Shown: positions 29,157-39,024, counted from the stretch's first letter. The stretch is 63,813 bases of DNA from an uncultured Anaerolinea sp. (GCA_964385315.1 CAYLOW010000001.1:1-63813), one strand, 5' to 3'. Numbers and translations are program-made. Notes: generated from the letters alone by a model not told the origin.

Positions 29157-30053
29157 TTATGCAAGAAACAACACTGCCACCCCGACGATTGCGAGCAGCG
29201 TGCCCGCAATTGCCTGCCAACCGATTTTTTCCTTGAAGAAGAAGTAACTGATCGGGATCAGAATCACAGGCTGGAGCGTTATCAACGTACTGGCTACCCC
29301 GATCTCTGCGTGTTGCACAGCCAGCAGGGATGCGGATACACCCAATACAGGACCAACCAAAGCCCCAAGTGCAAGCAGCCCTATTACTTTTGGCTGCTTG
29401 CGGACCGCTTCGATTGTTCCGCCTGCCTGTCCCATAACTGCAGCCCCAATCCAAATAAAAATTGCCGCGGCAAGCATACGGATGGAGGTTGCCTGGAAGG
29501 GGGGGAAATTTTCCGTCATCCCCTGTTTGGAAAGGACAAGCCCAATCGCCTGTCCAAGCCCTGCCAGCATGCCAAAAATCACGCCGCGGCGGGTGTGTCC
29601 ACGCGGCGTATTGGCAGGTTCCTCATGAGACATGACCACCCAGCCAATCCCGGCCAGTGCCAGGGCAATACCTGTGATTTGCATCCAAGTGAGCGTCTCA
29701 TCGAAGAAAGCCCAGGCGATAATCGAACCGAAGATCGGGGTGAGACTCAGCAACAGACTTCCGAGTCTGGGTCCCAGAGAAACAAACGCCTGAAACAGGA
29801 ATGTGTCACCCAATGCAAGACCAATCACACCGGAGAGACTCAGCCAAATCCAACGCGACGAGCCTGCCGAAAGGGGCAGCGGTTCATGATAGAAAACGAT
29901 ATTAATAATAACAAGATAACTTATCGCAAAAAGAAGCCTCATGCGGTTGGTGATTTGTGAACCAACCATGCGCCCTGTTTTTGTAAAAATTATCGCTGTT
30001 ATCGCAAAAAAGAAAGATGTTGCAAGCCCTGCGATTTCACCGATGAAATTCAT
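29157..30053 (-). CDS. EamA/DMT family transporter
   Basis: Two EamA repeats, about 10 TM segments (FFDETL, FFKEKI). Confidence 0.9.
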   Translation of the reverse strand: MNFIGEIAGLATSFFFAITAIIFTKTGRMVGSQITNRMRLLFAISYLVIINIVFYHEPLPLSAGSSRWIWLSLSGVIGLALGDTFLFQAFVSLGPRLGSLLLSLTPIFGSIIAWAFFDETLTWMQITGIALALAGIGWVVMSHEEPANTPRGHTRRGVIFGMLAGLGQAIGLVLSKQGMTENFPPFQATSIRMLAAAIFIWIGAAVMGQAGGTIEAVRKQPKVIGLLALGALVGPVLGVSASLLAVQHAEIGVASTLITLQPVILIPISYFFFKEKIGWQAIAGTLLAIVGVAVLFLA

Positions 30054-30068
30054 TTTGCTCCTGAAAAA

Positions 30069-30950
30069 TTATGCGCCTGGTTGACTGCTGCTTCTTTTTC
30101 CCAATTCCGCCCTTGTTAATAAAATTACAGCGACCAGGATCAGTCCACCGCCGACCATAACGATTGGCGTCAGTACCTCGCCAAATAACCACGCTGCAAG
30201 CAGAACCGTGACCACCGGTTCCAATGTGGATAGCATGGCAGCGTTAGTCGGACCGACCTGTTCCAATCCTGCAAGAAAGGTTGTTATGGCAATAATGGTT
30301 GAGAATACGATCATGCCCAGCATTGCAAGCCAGCCAGTGTTACTCGCCGGGAGGTGTAACCCATTTACCACGGTTAACATCCCGTAGACGGCACCAGCAG
30401 ATGCAAAAATTACCGTCGATGATTGAAAGGCTGAGACATGTTTCATCACATTTGTCCCGACAATGATGTAGACAGAATAAACGAGCGCGGCGGCAATTGT
30501 CATTAATGCGCCGATGAGCTGGCCGCCATTTGGATCCACAGTCAGTGCACAGCCGATAAACCCAAGGATTAATGCGATAATTTGTGCCGAAGTCACCTTT
30601 TCATGGAGAACAAGCACTGAAAGGATGAACACGAACATTGGATATAGATACAAAAGCAGGGCGACCAATCCGGCTGATGCGTATTTGATGGCAGACAAAT
30701 ACAGGAAGGATTGTCCAACATATCCCAACGCGCCCATGCCGATGAGCGTGGCAAGAATCTTTCCACGAGGAAACCGCTCCCGGCGCAGGATCAGGATCAG
30801 GGTCATGAAAAGGGCAGAGACGCCGAAGCGAATGAAAAGCACTGTGAAGATGTCCATCCCGTCTTTATAGACATATCGCCCAAAGATGGCGAGAGTCCCA
30901 AAAGAGGCGGCGGAGATGGCGATGAGCAGGATGCCGAAGAGTTTTTTCAT
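30069..30950 (-). CDS. EamA/DMT family transporter
   Basis: LLLYLYP, LSTLEPV, LFGEVL. Start ATG 30950 abuts the GT4 stop. Confidence 0.9.
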   Translation of the reverse strand: MKKLFGILLIAISAASFGTLAIFGRYVYKDGMDIFTVLFIRFGVSALFMTLILILRRERFPRGKILATLIGMGALGYVGQSFLYLSAIKYASAGLVALLLYLYPMFVFILSVLVLHEKVTSAQIIALILGFIGCALTVDPNGGQLIGALMTIAAALVYSVYIIVGTNVMKHVSAFQSSTVIFASAGAVYGMLTVVNGLHLPASNTGWLAMLGMIVFSTIIAITTFLAGLEQVGPTNAAMLSTLEPVVTVLLAAWLFGEVLTPIVMVGGGLILVAVILLTRAELGKRSSSQPGA

Positions 30951-30952
30951 TT

Positions 30953-32002
30953 TTATCCAATCATATTTTGTAGAAATGCGCGGATTTGACCCGCAGTCCG
31001 GGTCCACGCGGGTTGTTGTAAGTAACGTCTGCGTGCATTGAGTGAGAGGTCGGTGAGCAGGCCGCGGTTGGACGCAAGTTGTGTGAGATACGCTGCAAGT
31101 TTTTGATGGTCGTTGGGCTGGATCAGATAACCAGTTTTTTTATGCTCGATGATCTCGCCTGCTGCACCCGCTGTTGTGCCTATGGCGGGCAGACCAAAGC
31201 ACATCCCTTCAAGATAGACGATACCGAAACCTTCATAGGAAGATGGGACGATGAGAAGGTGGGCCTGTTTAAGTTTCTCGATAAGCGCTTCATCATTTAG
31301 GGCACCGTGAAAATTGACCATGGAGGATAAACCGTTGATCACGACGAACTCTTTCATTTGCTCTGCATAATTTGGCTCGATGGTTAATGAACCAATAATG
31401 TCAAGCTGAATGTTGAAAGTCAAAAGCCGGATGGCCTCAAGAAGAGTCTGCAGCCCTTTACGCGTGATGATATTGCCAAGGAATATTATATTTAATAGTT
31501 TATTGTCTGCGCGTTTTTTTATTTCTTCTTCTGAAATTACGCCTTCAAACCTATCGGCAGGCGGGTAGGCAGTTACTGAAGGTTTTCTTTTGCCTATCAG
31601 GCCATTGACCACCCCCATTGTTGTTTGTGAATTGAAAATAAACCCGTCTACACTTTGCAGGTATTTTTTCTCAATCATGCGATAAAGATCGTTCCGCCAT
31701 TTTGGACGCAATTCGGAGGATCTCAAATGATGCACGAGGCTGATGACAGGGGATGGATGCGGCTTTTGGTTTGCGGTGATGAGCGATGGATGATTGAGCT
31801 CGTCTTGTATCAGGATGTCAAGATTGGCCGGGAGTCTAAAAGAGAAATTATCTGTCAAATGTGCTGCGTAATTTCGCCAAGGAAGGGAAATGATTTCAAC
31901 TACATCTCCCTGAACACGGAGGTATTCGACAAGTTTACGGTCATACAAATATCCGCCGCTCAGGGTGTTGAGTGAACCGTAAATTACAAAACCTATCCGC
32001 AT
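30953..32002 (-). CDS. GT4 family glycosyltransferase
   Basis: SGGYLYD, RKG, PSSYEGFGIVYLEG (EX7E). Confidence 0.92.
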   Translation of the reverse strand: MRIGFVIYGSLNTLSGGYLYDRKLVEYLRVQGDVVEIISLPWRNYAAHLTDNFSFRLPANLDILIQDELNHPSLITANQKPHPSPVISLVHHLRSSELRPKWRNDLYRMIEKKYLQSVDGFIFNSQTTMGVVNGLIGKRKPSVTAYPPADRFEGVISEEEIKKRADNKLLNIIFLGNIITRKGLQTLLEAIRLLTFNIQLDIIGSLTIEPNYAEQMKEFVVINGLSSMVNFHGALNDEALIEKLKQAHLLIVPSSYEGFGIVYLEGMCFGLPAIGTTAGAAGEIIEHKKTGYLIQPNDHQKLAAYLTQLASNRGLLTDLSLNARRRYLQQPAWTRTAGQIRAFLQNMIG

Positions 32003-32023
32003 GATTTGAAACTTAGCAAACTG

Positions 32024-32410
32024 CTATCCTGCCAGTCTTTTAACTGCAAAAGCTGCCCATGCATTCTCATGTTCCCATAGCACAACCTTGAGCATGGAGA
32101 TATTGCTCGCTTTTATTTTTTCATTCAATGTCATGGCAATTATTCGTGAAAAATTTTCAAGGGACGGATTTAATCCGGTGAATTCGATTTTTTCATTAAG
32201 CATTTGCTCCGTGTAATCATTGACCACATCATCCAGATGCTTTTCGACCTGTACAATGTCTACAAGATAGCCGTGCTGGTCCAATTGACTGCCTTCAAGC
32301 TGCAATTCAAGGATGTAGTGGTGGGAATTGGGGAAATTTTCTGCCCCCCAGTCTCCTCCAAATAAGAAGTGACGTGCAATGAAGTCGCGACGAACAGCAA
32401 GGGTGTACAT
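32024..32410 (-). CDS. 6-pyruvoyl/6-carboxy-tetrahydropterin synthase-like (QueD fold) protein
   Basis: RDFIARHFL, SHHY, GYLVD, NPSLENF, WEHENAWA. Confidence 0.8.
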   Translation of the reverse strand: MYTLAVRRDFIARHFLFGGDWGAENFPNSHHYILELQLEGSQLDQHGYLVDIVQVEKHLDDVVNDYTEQMLNEKIEFTGLNPSLENFSRIIAMTLNEKIKASNISMLKVVLWEHENAWAAFAVKRLAG

Positions 32411-32430
32411 TTAATGCTCCAATATCGGGA

Positions 32431-33447
32431 TTAGGTCGAATAATCAAAGATAACTTGTATCGTTTCCTGAGGATTTTCATCCAGTAACCGATACGCCTTA
32501 TCAGACTCTTCGATAGGAAAGCGATGTGTGATCCATTTTTCTGGTTTGATGCGCTCTATCGCTTTCCATGCCACTTCAAACCGTCGTGTTTTGTCCCATC
32601 TACCCGATAATTCAGGCGAAATGGTACTGACTTGTGAAGAGATCAATTTGATGCGTGAGCGGTGAAAGGCGCCGCCGAGGTCAATCTCAGCGCGTTTTTG
32701 CCCATACCATGATCCGATAACAACCCGCCCGCTGAAAGTTGTCAATGCGATCGCCTCGTTCAGCGCAGACGGGGAGCCGCTTAGTTCAAAAGTTAGGTCA
32801 AAAGGGCTTAAAGCATCGTTCTGGGAGTATCGAAGGTCGTCTGGATTGAAGTTTTTTACCTGCGGTCTACTGCCTGCATTTTGTAACACCATTCGCCTAA
32901 TCTCAAACCGATCTGCCACAACTATGCTCTCCAGCGGAAATTCACTTAATATAGAAGCGGTTAGCAATCCCACCACACCCTGGCCTAAAACCAAAACGCG
33001 CTCACCTAATATTGGTGCGCCATCCTGGACTAGATTCACCGCGGTTTCTGTGTTTGGGAGAAAGCAGGCGGATTCGGGCGTAAGCCCTTCGGGCAAGAAA
33101 ATGAAAAACGAATGCTTTGCGTGAAGGATGAAGTGCGAGGTGTGCGGCTGAAACGCGAAAACCAGTTTTTCCAACCACGCCTTATCAACCATCCTGCCTA
33201 TTACCTTTACCCGCCCCACGCACCCATACCCATACGCCAGTGGATAATTCAATCCGCTGCTTACACCATCATGCGCATCAGCCAGATGTGGAAACTGTCC
33301 GCGATAGACCAGCATTTCCGTTCCTGCGCTGATGGCGGAACAAGTGGTTTCAACGAGTATTTCGTCATCTCCCAGTGCGGGAAGGGGAGTTTCTCGAATT
33401 TCAGTATTTCGGGGAGCGGTGAAAAACAATGTTCTTGCTTTAGGCAT
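32431..33447 (-). CDS. MDR (zinc-binding alcohol dehydrogenase-like) oxidoreductase
   Basis: SAISAGTE, GYGCVG, FAFQPH, GQGVVG, FHRSRIKLISSQVS. Confidence 0.85.
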   Translation of the reverse strand: MPKARTLFFTAPRNTEIRETPLPALGDDEILVETTCSAISAGTEMLVYRGQFPHLADAHDGVSSGLNYPLAYGYGCVGRVKVIGRMVDKAWLEKLVFAFQPHTSHFILHAKHSFFIFLPEGLTPESACFLPNTETAVNLVQDGAPILGERVLVLGQGVVGLLTASILSEFPLESIVVADRFEIRRMVLQNAGSRPQVKNFNPDDLRYSQNDALSPFDLTFELSGSPSALNEAIALTTFSGRVVIGSWYGQKRAEIDLGGAFHRSRIKLISSQVSTISPELSGRWDKTRRFEVAWKAIERIKPEKWITHRFPIEESDKAYRLLDENPQETIQVIFDYST

Positions 33448-33468
33448 GGACAGAGTTTAACATAAAAG

Positions 33469-33500
33469 ATAACAAACATTTTCGCGAAAGTGTTTGTTAT
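33469..33500. terminator. Probable terminator after the PilZ gene
   Basis: ATAACAAACATTTT-cgcg-AAAGTGTTTGTTAT hairpin. Confidence 0.55.
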
Positions 33501-33521
33501 TAATGGTTCTTCTCTTAATTT

Positions 33522-33908
33522 TCATGCCAATGGCTTTATCGTATAGTTGGGCGCCTTATGCCGAAATTCATAATCTTTCATAATCGTTTCGATGACCCGG
33601 TTTTGAGCAATTGTCACTTTTTTGAATTCAAACCCAATGGCGAAAAACTCCGGGCTGATATCCGGTTCATTCCATGCCACACGTGCAGGGATGATGAGGC
33701 GCCTTTTATTGAAATTTATCAGGTCAGGCAGTTCAATTGCGAGCGTGATTTGTGTATTTTCAGCCATTGGTTTATCACCGATCACCATCGCGCCGCTTAA
33801 ATTCAGGTCGCCCAGATACCCGATCAAATATCCCCCGGACAGGTCAAAAACCTGTGTGTATGCCATTAAATTGTTTCGTTGAATTTTTCGCCGTTCCTGC
33901 ATGATCAC
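33522..33908 (-). CDS. Stand-alone PilZ domain protein (c-di-GMP receptor)
   Basis: ERRKIQR (RxxxR) and DLNLSG (D/NxSxxG-like). Confidence 0.82.
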   Translation of the reverse strand: MIMQERRKIQRNNLMAYTQVFDLSGGYLIGYLGDLNLSGAMVIGDKPMAENTQITLAIELPDLINFNKRRLIIPARVAWNEPDISPEFFAIGFEFKKVTIAQNRVIETIMKDYEFRHKAPNYTIKPLA

Positions 33909-33975
33909 TCCTTGTTAAATAGTTTACATGCATCAGGCTTCAAAGATTATTGCTGTTTTATGGTAAAAATGGCCC

Positions 33976-34701
33976 ATGCGATGGATATATGTTTCTCCCC
34001 ATTTGGATGATGCCGTACTTTCCGCAGGCGGTTTGATCTATGAACAAACCCGCGCGGGTATGGATGTGGAAATCTGGACGATGATGTGCGGGTTCCCTCC
34101 CACTGATGAACTCTCCCCCTATGCACAGTTGATGCATTATGAATGGGGAATTCCTGCTGCTGCCGATGTGATCAACGCCCGTCGGGAAGAAGACATCAAA
34201 GCTGCCGGTATTGTCGGCGCGAAAGTTGTCCATTTTAATTTTTTAGATTGTATATACAGGCGAAACAAAAATGGGGATTGGTTGTACTCATATGTTTTTG
34301 ACCCGCCGCATGAGGGCGATGAGGGGCTGCCAGTGCAAATTGCTGATGCCATTTCCGCCCGCCTTCAACCAACAGACCAATTGGTCTGCCAATTTGGCAT
34401 TGGATCACACGTGGACCACGTTCTTGTACGCCGAGGGCTTGAAATAATTCAAAGTCCCATCCTTTATGATGCGGATATCCCCTATCTGTTTCGTAATCCT
34501 GACGAATTGGCACCTCAAATTGCCGGGATGAACGCGATAGCCTACAGGATGACCGATGCAGGGCTCAATTCATGGCTGGAGGCTTCCGCAGCCTACGAAT
34601 CCCAGATAAACAGCCTTTTTGACAGCCCGGAAGCAATGCAAGTTCAATTTCAACAATATTGGTCTGAATATATTGGAATTCGCTTGTGGTCTGCACCCTA
34701 G
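33976..34701 (+). CDS. PIG-L/LmbE family deacetylase
   Basis: SPHLDDAVLSAGG, RREED, HVDH, YDADIPY. Confidence 0.9.
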   Translation: MRWIYVSPHLDDAVLSAGGLIYEQTRAGMDVEIWTMMCGFPPTDELSPYAQLMHYEWGIPAAADVINARREEDIKAAGIVGAKVVHFNFLDCIYRRNKNGDWLYSYVFDPPHEGDEGLPVQIADAISARLQPTDQLVCQFGIGSHVDHVLVRRGLEIIQSPILYDADIPYLFRNPDELAPQIAGMNAIAYRMTDAGLNSWLEASAAYESQINSLFDSPEAMQVQFQQYWSEYIGIRLWSAP

Positions 34702-34762
34702 ACAAATTGTGATACTTTTGGGGCTTGAAACTCATTTTGAATTATGATATAGTATCGTCGAC

Positions 34763-34822
34763 TTTCCGGATGACACCACCGGAAAATTTTTTATCAATTG
34801 CATCTCTGTATCAGGGATGCAA
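34763..34822 (+). promoter_or_regulatory. Two hairpins in the greA 5' leader (possible attenuator)
   Basis: TTTCCGG..CCGGAAA followed by ATTTTTT, then TTGCATCTCTG-tat-CAGGGATGCAA. Candidate promoter TTGAAA..TATAGT lies upstream. Confidence 0.55.
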
Positions 34823-34849
34823 AATTAATTCTAATGGCAGGATATTCTC

Positions 34850-35320
34850 ATGACAACCAATTTCCTTACCAAAGAGGGCTTTCAAAAACTTCAAGAGGAG
34901 CTGGATCACTTACGCACAGTCAAACGACAGGAAGTTGCCGAGCGTTTACACGAGGCAATGGAAGGCGGCGAGTTGATCGAAAATGCGGAATACGAAGCCG
35001 CAAAGAATGAACAGGCTTTCGTGGAGGGACGTATTCAGGAGCTCGACCTGCTGCTTGCCACGGCACAGATCATCGAAGATACTGGAAAAGGAAAGAAAAA
35101 TGATGCCATTCAAATTGGATCAAAGGTAACCATAAAAGAAGGTAACTTTGAGGCTGAGTCCTTTACCATTGTTGGCGCGGCGGAGGCAAACCCTCGTGAG
35201 GGCAAGATCTCCAATGAATCACCCATTGGGAAGGCTATTTTGGGTCATAAGTTGGGAGATATCGTAAAGGTGGAAACCCCCGGCGGTACCTACAATGTAA
35301 AGATCATTAAAGTCGGCTAA
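34850..35320 (+). CDS. greA: Transcription elongation factor GreA
   Basis: LTKEG, ENAEYEAAKNEQ, ISNESPIGKAILG. Confidence 0.97.
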   Translation: MTTNFLTKEGFQKLQEELDHLRTVKRQEVAERLHEAMEGGELIENAEYEAAKNEQAFVEGRIQELDLLLATAQIIEDTGKGKKNDAIQIGSKVTIKEGNFEAESFTIVGAAEANPREGKISNESPIGKAILGHKLGDIVKVETPGGTYNVKIIKVG

Positions 35321-35341
35321 TCAATACAGGACGCGATTTTC

Positions 35342-35376
35342 AGTCCCGCGTGCCTATGCCCGCGGGACTATTTTTT
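35342..35376 (+). terminator. Intrinsic terminator after greA
   Basis: AGTCCCGCG / CGCGGGACT stem followed by TTTTTT. Confidence 0.8.
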
Positions 35377-35479
35377 GGAGTTCATAAGTTCTTCAGAAAT
35401 ATAGAAATACAAGTAATACAAATTGAAGTTCAAATAATTAATTTTGAACCTCAAAATTATTATAGAAGGTTAAATTACC

Positions 35480-37024
35480 ATGGCAGAATATTCACACCTC
35501 GAAAAAATTCGTTTGCAAAAAATCGAAGAACTCCGCGCTGAGGGAGTGGAGACATATCCCACCCGCGCCGAGCGGACCCATATCAGTACACAAGCCATTG
35601 CCGCGTTTGAAGCTGCAGAGGTTTCGGCAGACCCGGCCGGAGTGGTTCCGGAAGTTAAAGCCACACTTGCGGGGCGAATTCGTGCCAGCCGCGCCATGGG
35701 TAAGGTTACCTTTGTTCATATTGAAGACATGGGCGGCAAAATACAGTTATTCTTCCGAGTCAATGAGTTGGGCAAGGAACGCGTCGATTTTTTCAATAAG
35801 ATGCTCGATCTGGGCGATTTCATTCAGGTATCGGGTGTGATGTTCAGAACCAAGGCGGGTGAGATCACGCTGCATGTGCATGACTTTAAATTGCTTGCCA
35901 AATCTGTCACCCCTTTGCCTGCTGATAAGGACGTCACCCAGGAGGATGGGACAGTCATCCGGTACGCTGCGTTGGAGGATGCAGAACTTCGTGCACGCCA
36001 GCGTTATGCTGACCTGGCAGTCAACCCTCATATTCGTGAGAATTTCCGCAAGCGTGCAATATTGGTTAAATCCCTGCGTTCCTTCCTCGATGACCATGAT
36101 TTTCTCGAAGTGGAAACTCCCATCTTACAGCCATTGTATGGCGGCGCGGCAGCCCGCCCGTTCGTCACACATCACAACGAGCTCGATCAGGATATGTATT
36201 TGCGTATCTCATTCGAGTTGTACCTCAAACGTTTACTGGTCGGAAACCTGGAACGGGTGTATGAAATTGGACGCGACTTTCGTAATGAGGGTGTTTCTTT
36301 CAAACACAATCCAGAATTTACGCAATTGGAATTTTATTGCGCCTATGCCGATTATTTGCAGGTCATGGAATTAACCGAACAAATGGTCGCCTTCGCTGCT
36401 GAAAAGGTGGCTGGTTCCACTACGGTAAAATTTGGCGAATACGAGTTGGATTTCAAGCCACCCTGGAAACGGTTGGAAATGCGCGTGGGTATTCTCGAAA
36501 CCAGCGGCATTGATATTGCCGAGCACAAGACGGCTGATAATTTATACAAAGCCATTGCCGCAAAACATGGCAACAAGACTCCGGACCCCAAATCGACTCG
36601 CGGCAAGATGATCGATTTCCTGCTGGGTGAGTTCCTTGAACCTACCCTGATCCAGCCAACTTTTCTTTATAACTATCCGCGTGATATTTCCCCGTTGGCA
36701 AAATCAATTCCTGGCGACCCGCTGACTGTGGAGCGCTTTGAAGGTTATGTCGCCGGCTTCGAACTATGTAACGCTTTCACCGAGTTGAATGACCCGCTCG
36801 ATCAGGAATCGCGCTTCATTGAGATGAGCCACGATTACACGGATGACGAAGAAGAGAAGCATCCACTGGATGAAGATTACCTGCGTGCCATGCGCTATGG
36901 AATGCCCCCCAACGGCGGATTCGGCATGGGCGTCGATCGTCTTGCCATGCTGCTCACAGACAATCACTCCATCCGTGAAGTATTGTTGTTCCCGGCGTTG
37001 AAAAAAGAAGAGTTCGGAAAATAA
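35480..37024 (+). CDS. lysS: Lysine--tRNA ligase (class II)
   Basis: YGGAAARPF, FRNEG..HNPEF, YGMPPNGGFGMGVDRL. Confidence 0.98.
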   Translation: MAEYSHLEKIRLQKIEELRAEGVETYPTRAERTHISTQAIAAFEAAEVSADPAGVVPEVKATLAGRIRASRAMGKVTFVHIEDMGGKIQLFFRVNELGKERVDFFNKMLDLGDFIQVSGVMFRTKAGEITLHVHDFKLLAKSVTPLPADKDVTQEDGTVIRYAALEDAELRARQRYADLAVNPHIRENFRKRAILVKSLRSFLDDHDFLEVETPILQPLYGGAAARPFVTHHNELDQDMYLRISFELYLKRLLVGNLERVYEIGRDFRNEGVSFKHNPEFTQLEFYCAYADYLQVMELTEQMVAFAAEKVAGSTTVKFGEYELDFKPPWKRLEMRVGILETSGIDIAEHKTADNLYKAIAAKHGNKTPDPKSTRGKMIDFLLGEFLEPTLIQPTFLYNYPRDISPLAKSIPGDPLTVERFEGYVAGFELCNAFTELNDPLDQESRFIEMSHDYTDDEEEKHPLDEDYLRAMRYGMPPNGGFGMGVDRLAMLLTDNHSIREVLLFPALKKEEFGK

Positions 37025-37122
37025 AGCAATAATTTTCCTTCAATCACAAAGGACATACCCGCTCAATTCTCCCATTCGATTCGCATTCCGGAACTTTGTG
37101 TTTGATTGGTTTTACGTTGGAG

Positions 37123-37152
37123 ACATCCCGCATGAATTTGCGGGATGTTTTC
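37123..37152 (+). terminator. Intrinsic terminator after lysS
   Basis: ACATCCCGCA / TGCGGGATGT stem followed by TTT. Confidence 0.7.
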
Positions 37153-37185
37153 GTTAAATCCCTGATTTATGAGTAAAATAACCTT

Positions 37186-37794
37186 ATGGACGAACCTGCT
37201 CTTATTCAAACTGCGCAGCATGGGGACTTGGATTCATTCAACTCCCTGATTTTGCATTATCAGGACATGGTTTTCAACACGGCGCTTCGTATTCTTGGCG
37301 ATGAAGACCTTGCCGGAGATGCAGCACAGGAGGCCTTCATTTCCGCCTTCCGGAGCATTAACACCTTTCGTGGCGGGTCATTCAAAGCCTGGCTGATGCG
37401 GACTGTGACTAATGCCTGTTATGATGAATTAAGACGGCAGAAGCGCCGCCCCACCACACCACTCGAACCTGAAACACATGACGGCGAGGAAGTGGATTCT
37501 CCGCGCTGGCTGGCTGATCCCAAGATGACACCATCCGAACAATTTGAAGCGAATGAACTCGAACATGCCATTCAACATTGTCTTGACATGCTTCCCACTG
37601 ATTTTCGCACCGTGGTGGTGCTTGCCGATGTTCAAGGCATGGATTACAGCGAAGTCGCAATTGCAGCCCATGTTCCGCTTGGCACGATCAAGAGCCGTCT
37701 GGCGCGTGCCCGTTTACGCTTGCGTGAGTGTTTGCGTGGCTTTGAGGAACTTTTACCTTCATCTTTCCGTCTGGAAGGGGAAAGCAACTCATGA
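37186..37794 (+). CDS. ECF RNA polymerase sigma factor
   Basis: Region 2 DAAQEAF..FKAWL; region 4 YSEVA..PLGTIKSRLARAR. Confidence 0.93.
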   Translation: MDEPALIQTAQHGDLDSFNSLILHYQDMVFNTALRILGDEDLAGDAAQEAFISAFRSINTFRGGSFKAWLMRTVTNACYDELRRQKRRPTTPLEPETHDGEEVDSPRWLADPKMTPSEQFEANELEHAIQHCLDMLPTDFRTVVVLADVQGMDYSEVAIAAHVPLGTIKSRLARARLRLRECLRGFEELLPSSFRLEGESNS

Positions 37795-38531
37795 ATAATT
37801 TCCGCGATATAGAACAACTCACTTCTTATTTGGATGGACAACTCAGCCCGACTGAGTCTGCGCGGCTGGAATCGCGCCTCTCCTCCAACCCTGAACTGGC
37901 ATCGGCTTTTAAAGATCTTCGTGCTGCCCGCGGTATTCTTCGCAAATTGCCATCGCGCAAGGCTCCGCGAAACTTCACGTTGACCCGCCAGATGGTGGGG
38001 CTTAAGCCGCCCTTGCCGCGTTCCTATTCCTTTTTCCGCTTTTCAACCGCCTTCGCAACGATCCTTTTGGTACTCACCTTTGCCGCCAATGCTTTGACCC
38101 AGATTCCGCGTATGACATTCGGGTCGGCAGCCCCTGTTATGCAAGAGGCTTCCGGAATGGGCGGGGGCGCCCCTGTTGAGTCTTTTACTGCTGCTGAAGC
38201 GCCCTCTACAACTGCAACACCCGCGGCAATTGGAGAAGCTCCAGCTGCCGCAGCGCCTGCTTTGGAGATGGAACCCCTGCCTACTGCCAGCCTTGATACA
38301 GCTGCGACAGATTTGCCAACAGCAAAAGTAGCGGGGACACAATCAGAACTGGCTGATCAACCGCAGGTTGAGAATTCAGTTGAAGTGGGAGCTGCTCCAG
38401 AGGAGCCCTCCCGTTTTCAAAATCGGGTGCTGATTCCTTATATCTGGCAGGTTGTATTGTTCATATTGATCCTGTTCGGCGGGTTGGCTGCCTTCCTGCT
38501 CCGCCGTTCTGCAATCCGAAAATGGAAATAA
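37791..38531 (+). CDS. Putative anti-sigma factor
   Basis: ATGA overlap with the sigma gene. N-terminal LTSYLDGQL (zf-HC2-like without Zn ligands), a TM segment, an Ala/Pro/Thr-rich region and a C-terminal TM. Confidence 0.8.
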   Translation: MNNFRDIEQLTSYLDGQLSPTESARLESRLSSNPELASAFKDLRAARGILRKLPSRKAPRNFTLTRQMVGLKPPLPRSYSFFRFSTAFATILLVLTFAANALTQIPRMTFGSAAPVMQEASGMGGGAPVESFTAAEAPSTTATPAAIGEAPAAAAPALEMEPLPTASLDTAATDLPTAKVAGTQSELADQPQVENSVEVGAAPEEPSRFQNRVLIPYIWQVVLFILILFGGLAAFLLRRSAIRKWK

Positions 38532-38535
38532 CCTG

Positions 38536-39024
38536 ATGGCGCGAGACGACATCATAAAATTTTGCACGCGCTGCGGGACGAAGGTAGATCGTGTTGAAAC
38601 TTTTGGCGCTGTGCGCCCTGTCTGTCCGCAATGCCGCTGGATTTATTTTCAAGACCCCAAGGTTGCGGCAGCTGTTCTCGTAGAAAGGGAGGGGCGCGTT
38701 TTACTGGTGCGTCGCGTGAACGACCCTTTTCGCGGCATGTGGACGCTGCCTGCGGGCTTTGTCAATGGAGGCGAAGACCCGGCCGTGGCGGCAGCGCGCG
38801 AATGTGTGGAAGAGACAGGTTTGAGCGTGCGCGTGACCGGTGTGTTGGAAATTATCCCGGGCAGGGAGCATGAGCGTGGCGCGGACTTTGTGATTGTTTA
38901 CCATGCTGAATTTGTCAGCGGGGAATTGGCTGCCGCAGATGATGCCGATGGCGCGGATTGGTTTGCTCGTGATTCCCTGCCCCCCCTGGCATTTAGGGCA
39001 ACAAAACAAGTGCTGGGAATTTGA
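38536..39024 (+). CDS. NUDIX hydrolase with N-terminal zinc ribbon
   Basis: CTRC/CPQC; Nudix box GFVNGGEDPAVAAARECVEETGL. Confidence 0.92.
   Translation: MARDDIIKFCTRCGTKVDRVETFGAVRPVCPQCRWIYFQDPKVAAAVLVEREGRVLLVRRVNDPFRGMWTLPAGFVNGGEDPAVAAARECVEETGLSVRVTGVLEIIPGREHERGADFVIVYHAEFVSGELAAADDADGADWFARDSLPPLAFRATKQVLGI

Noticed and set aside
29139-29960. 273-aa plus-strand ORF
   Set aside because: Antisense shadow of the EamA gene; no recognisable motifs.
37090-37118. GGAAC...CGTT ECF autoregulatory promoter
   Set aside because: The 20-nt spacer is longer than the usual 16-18 nt, and a terminator lies between it and the sigma gene.
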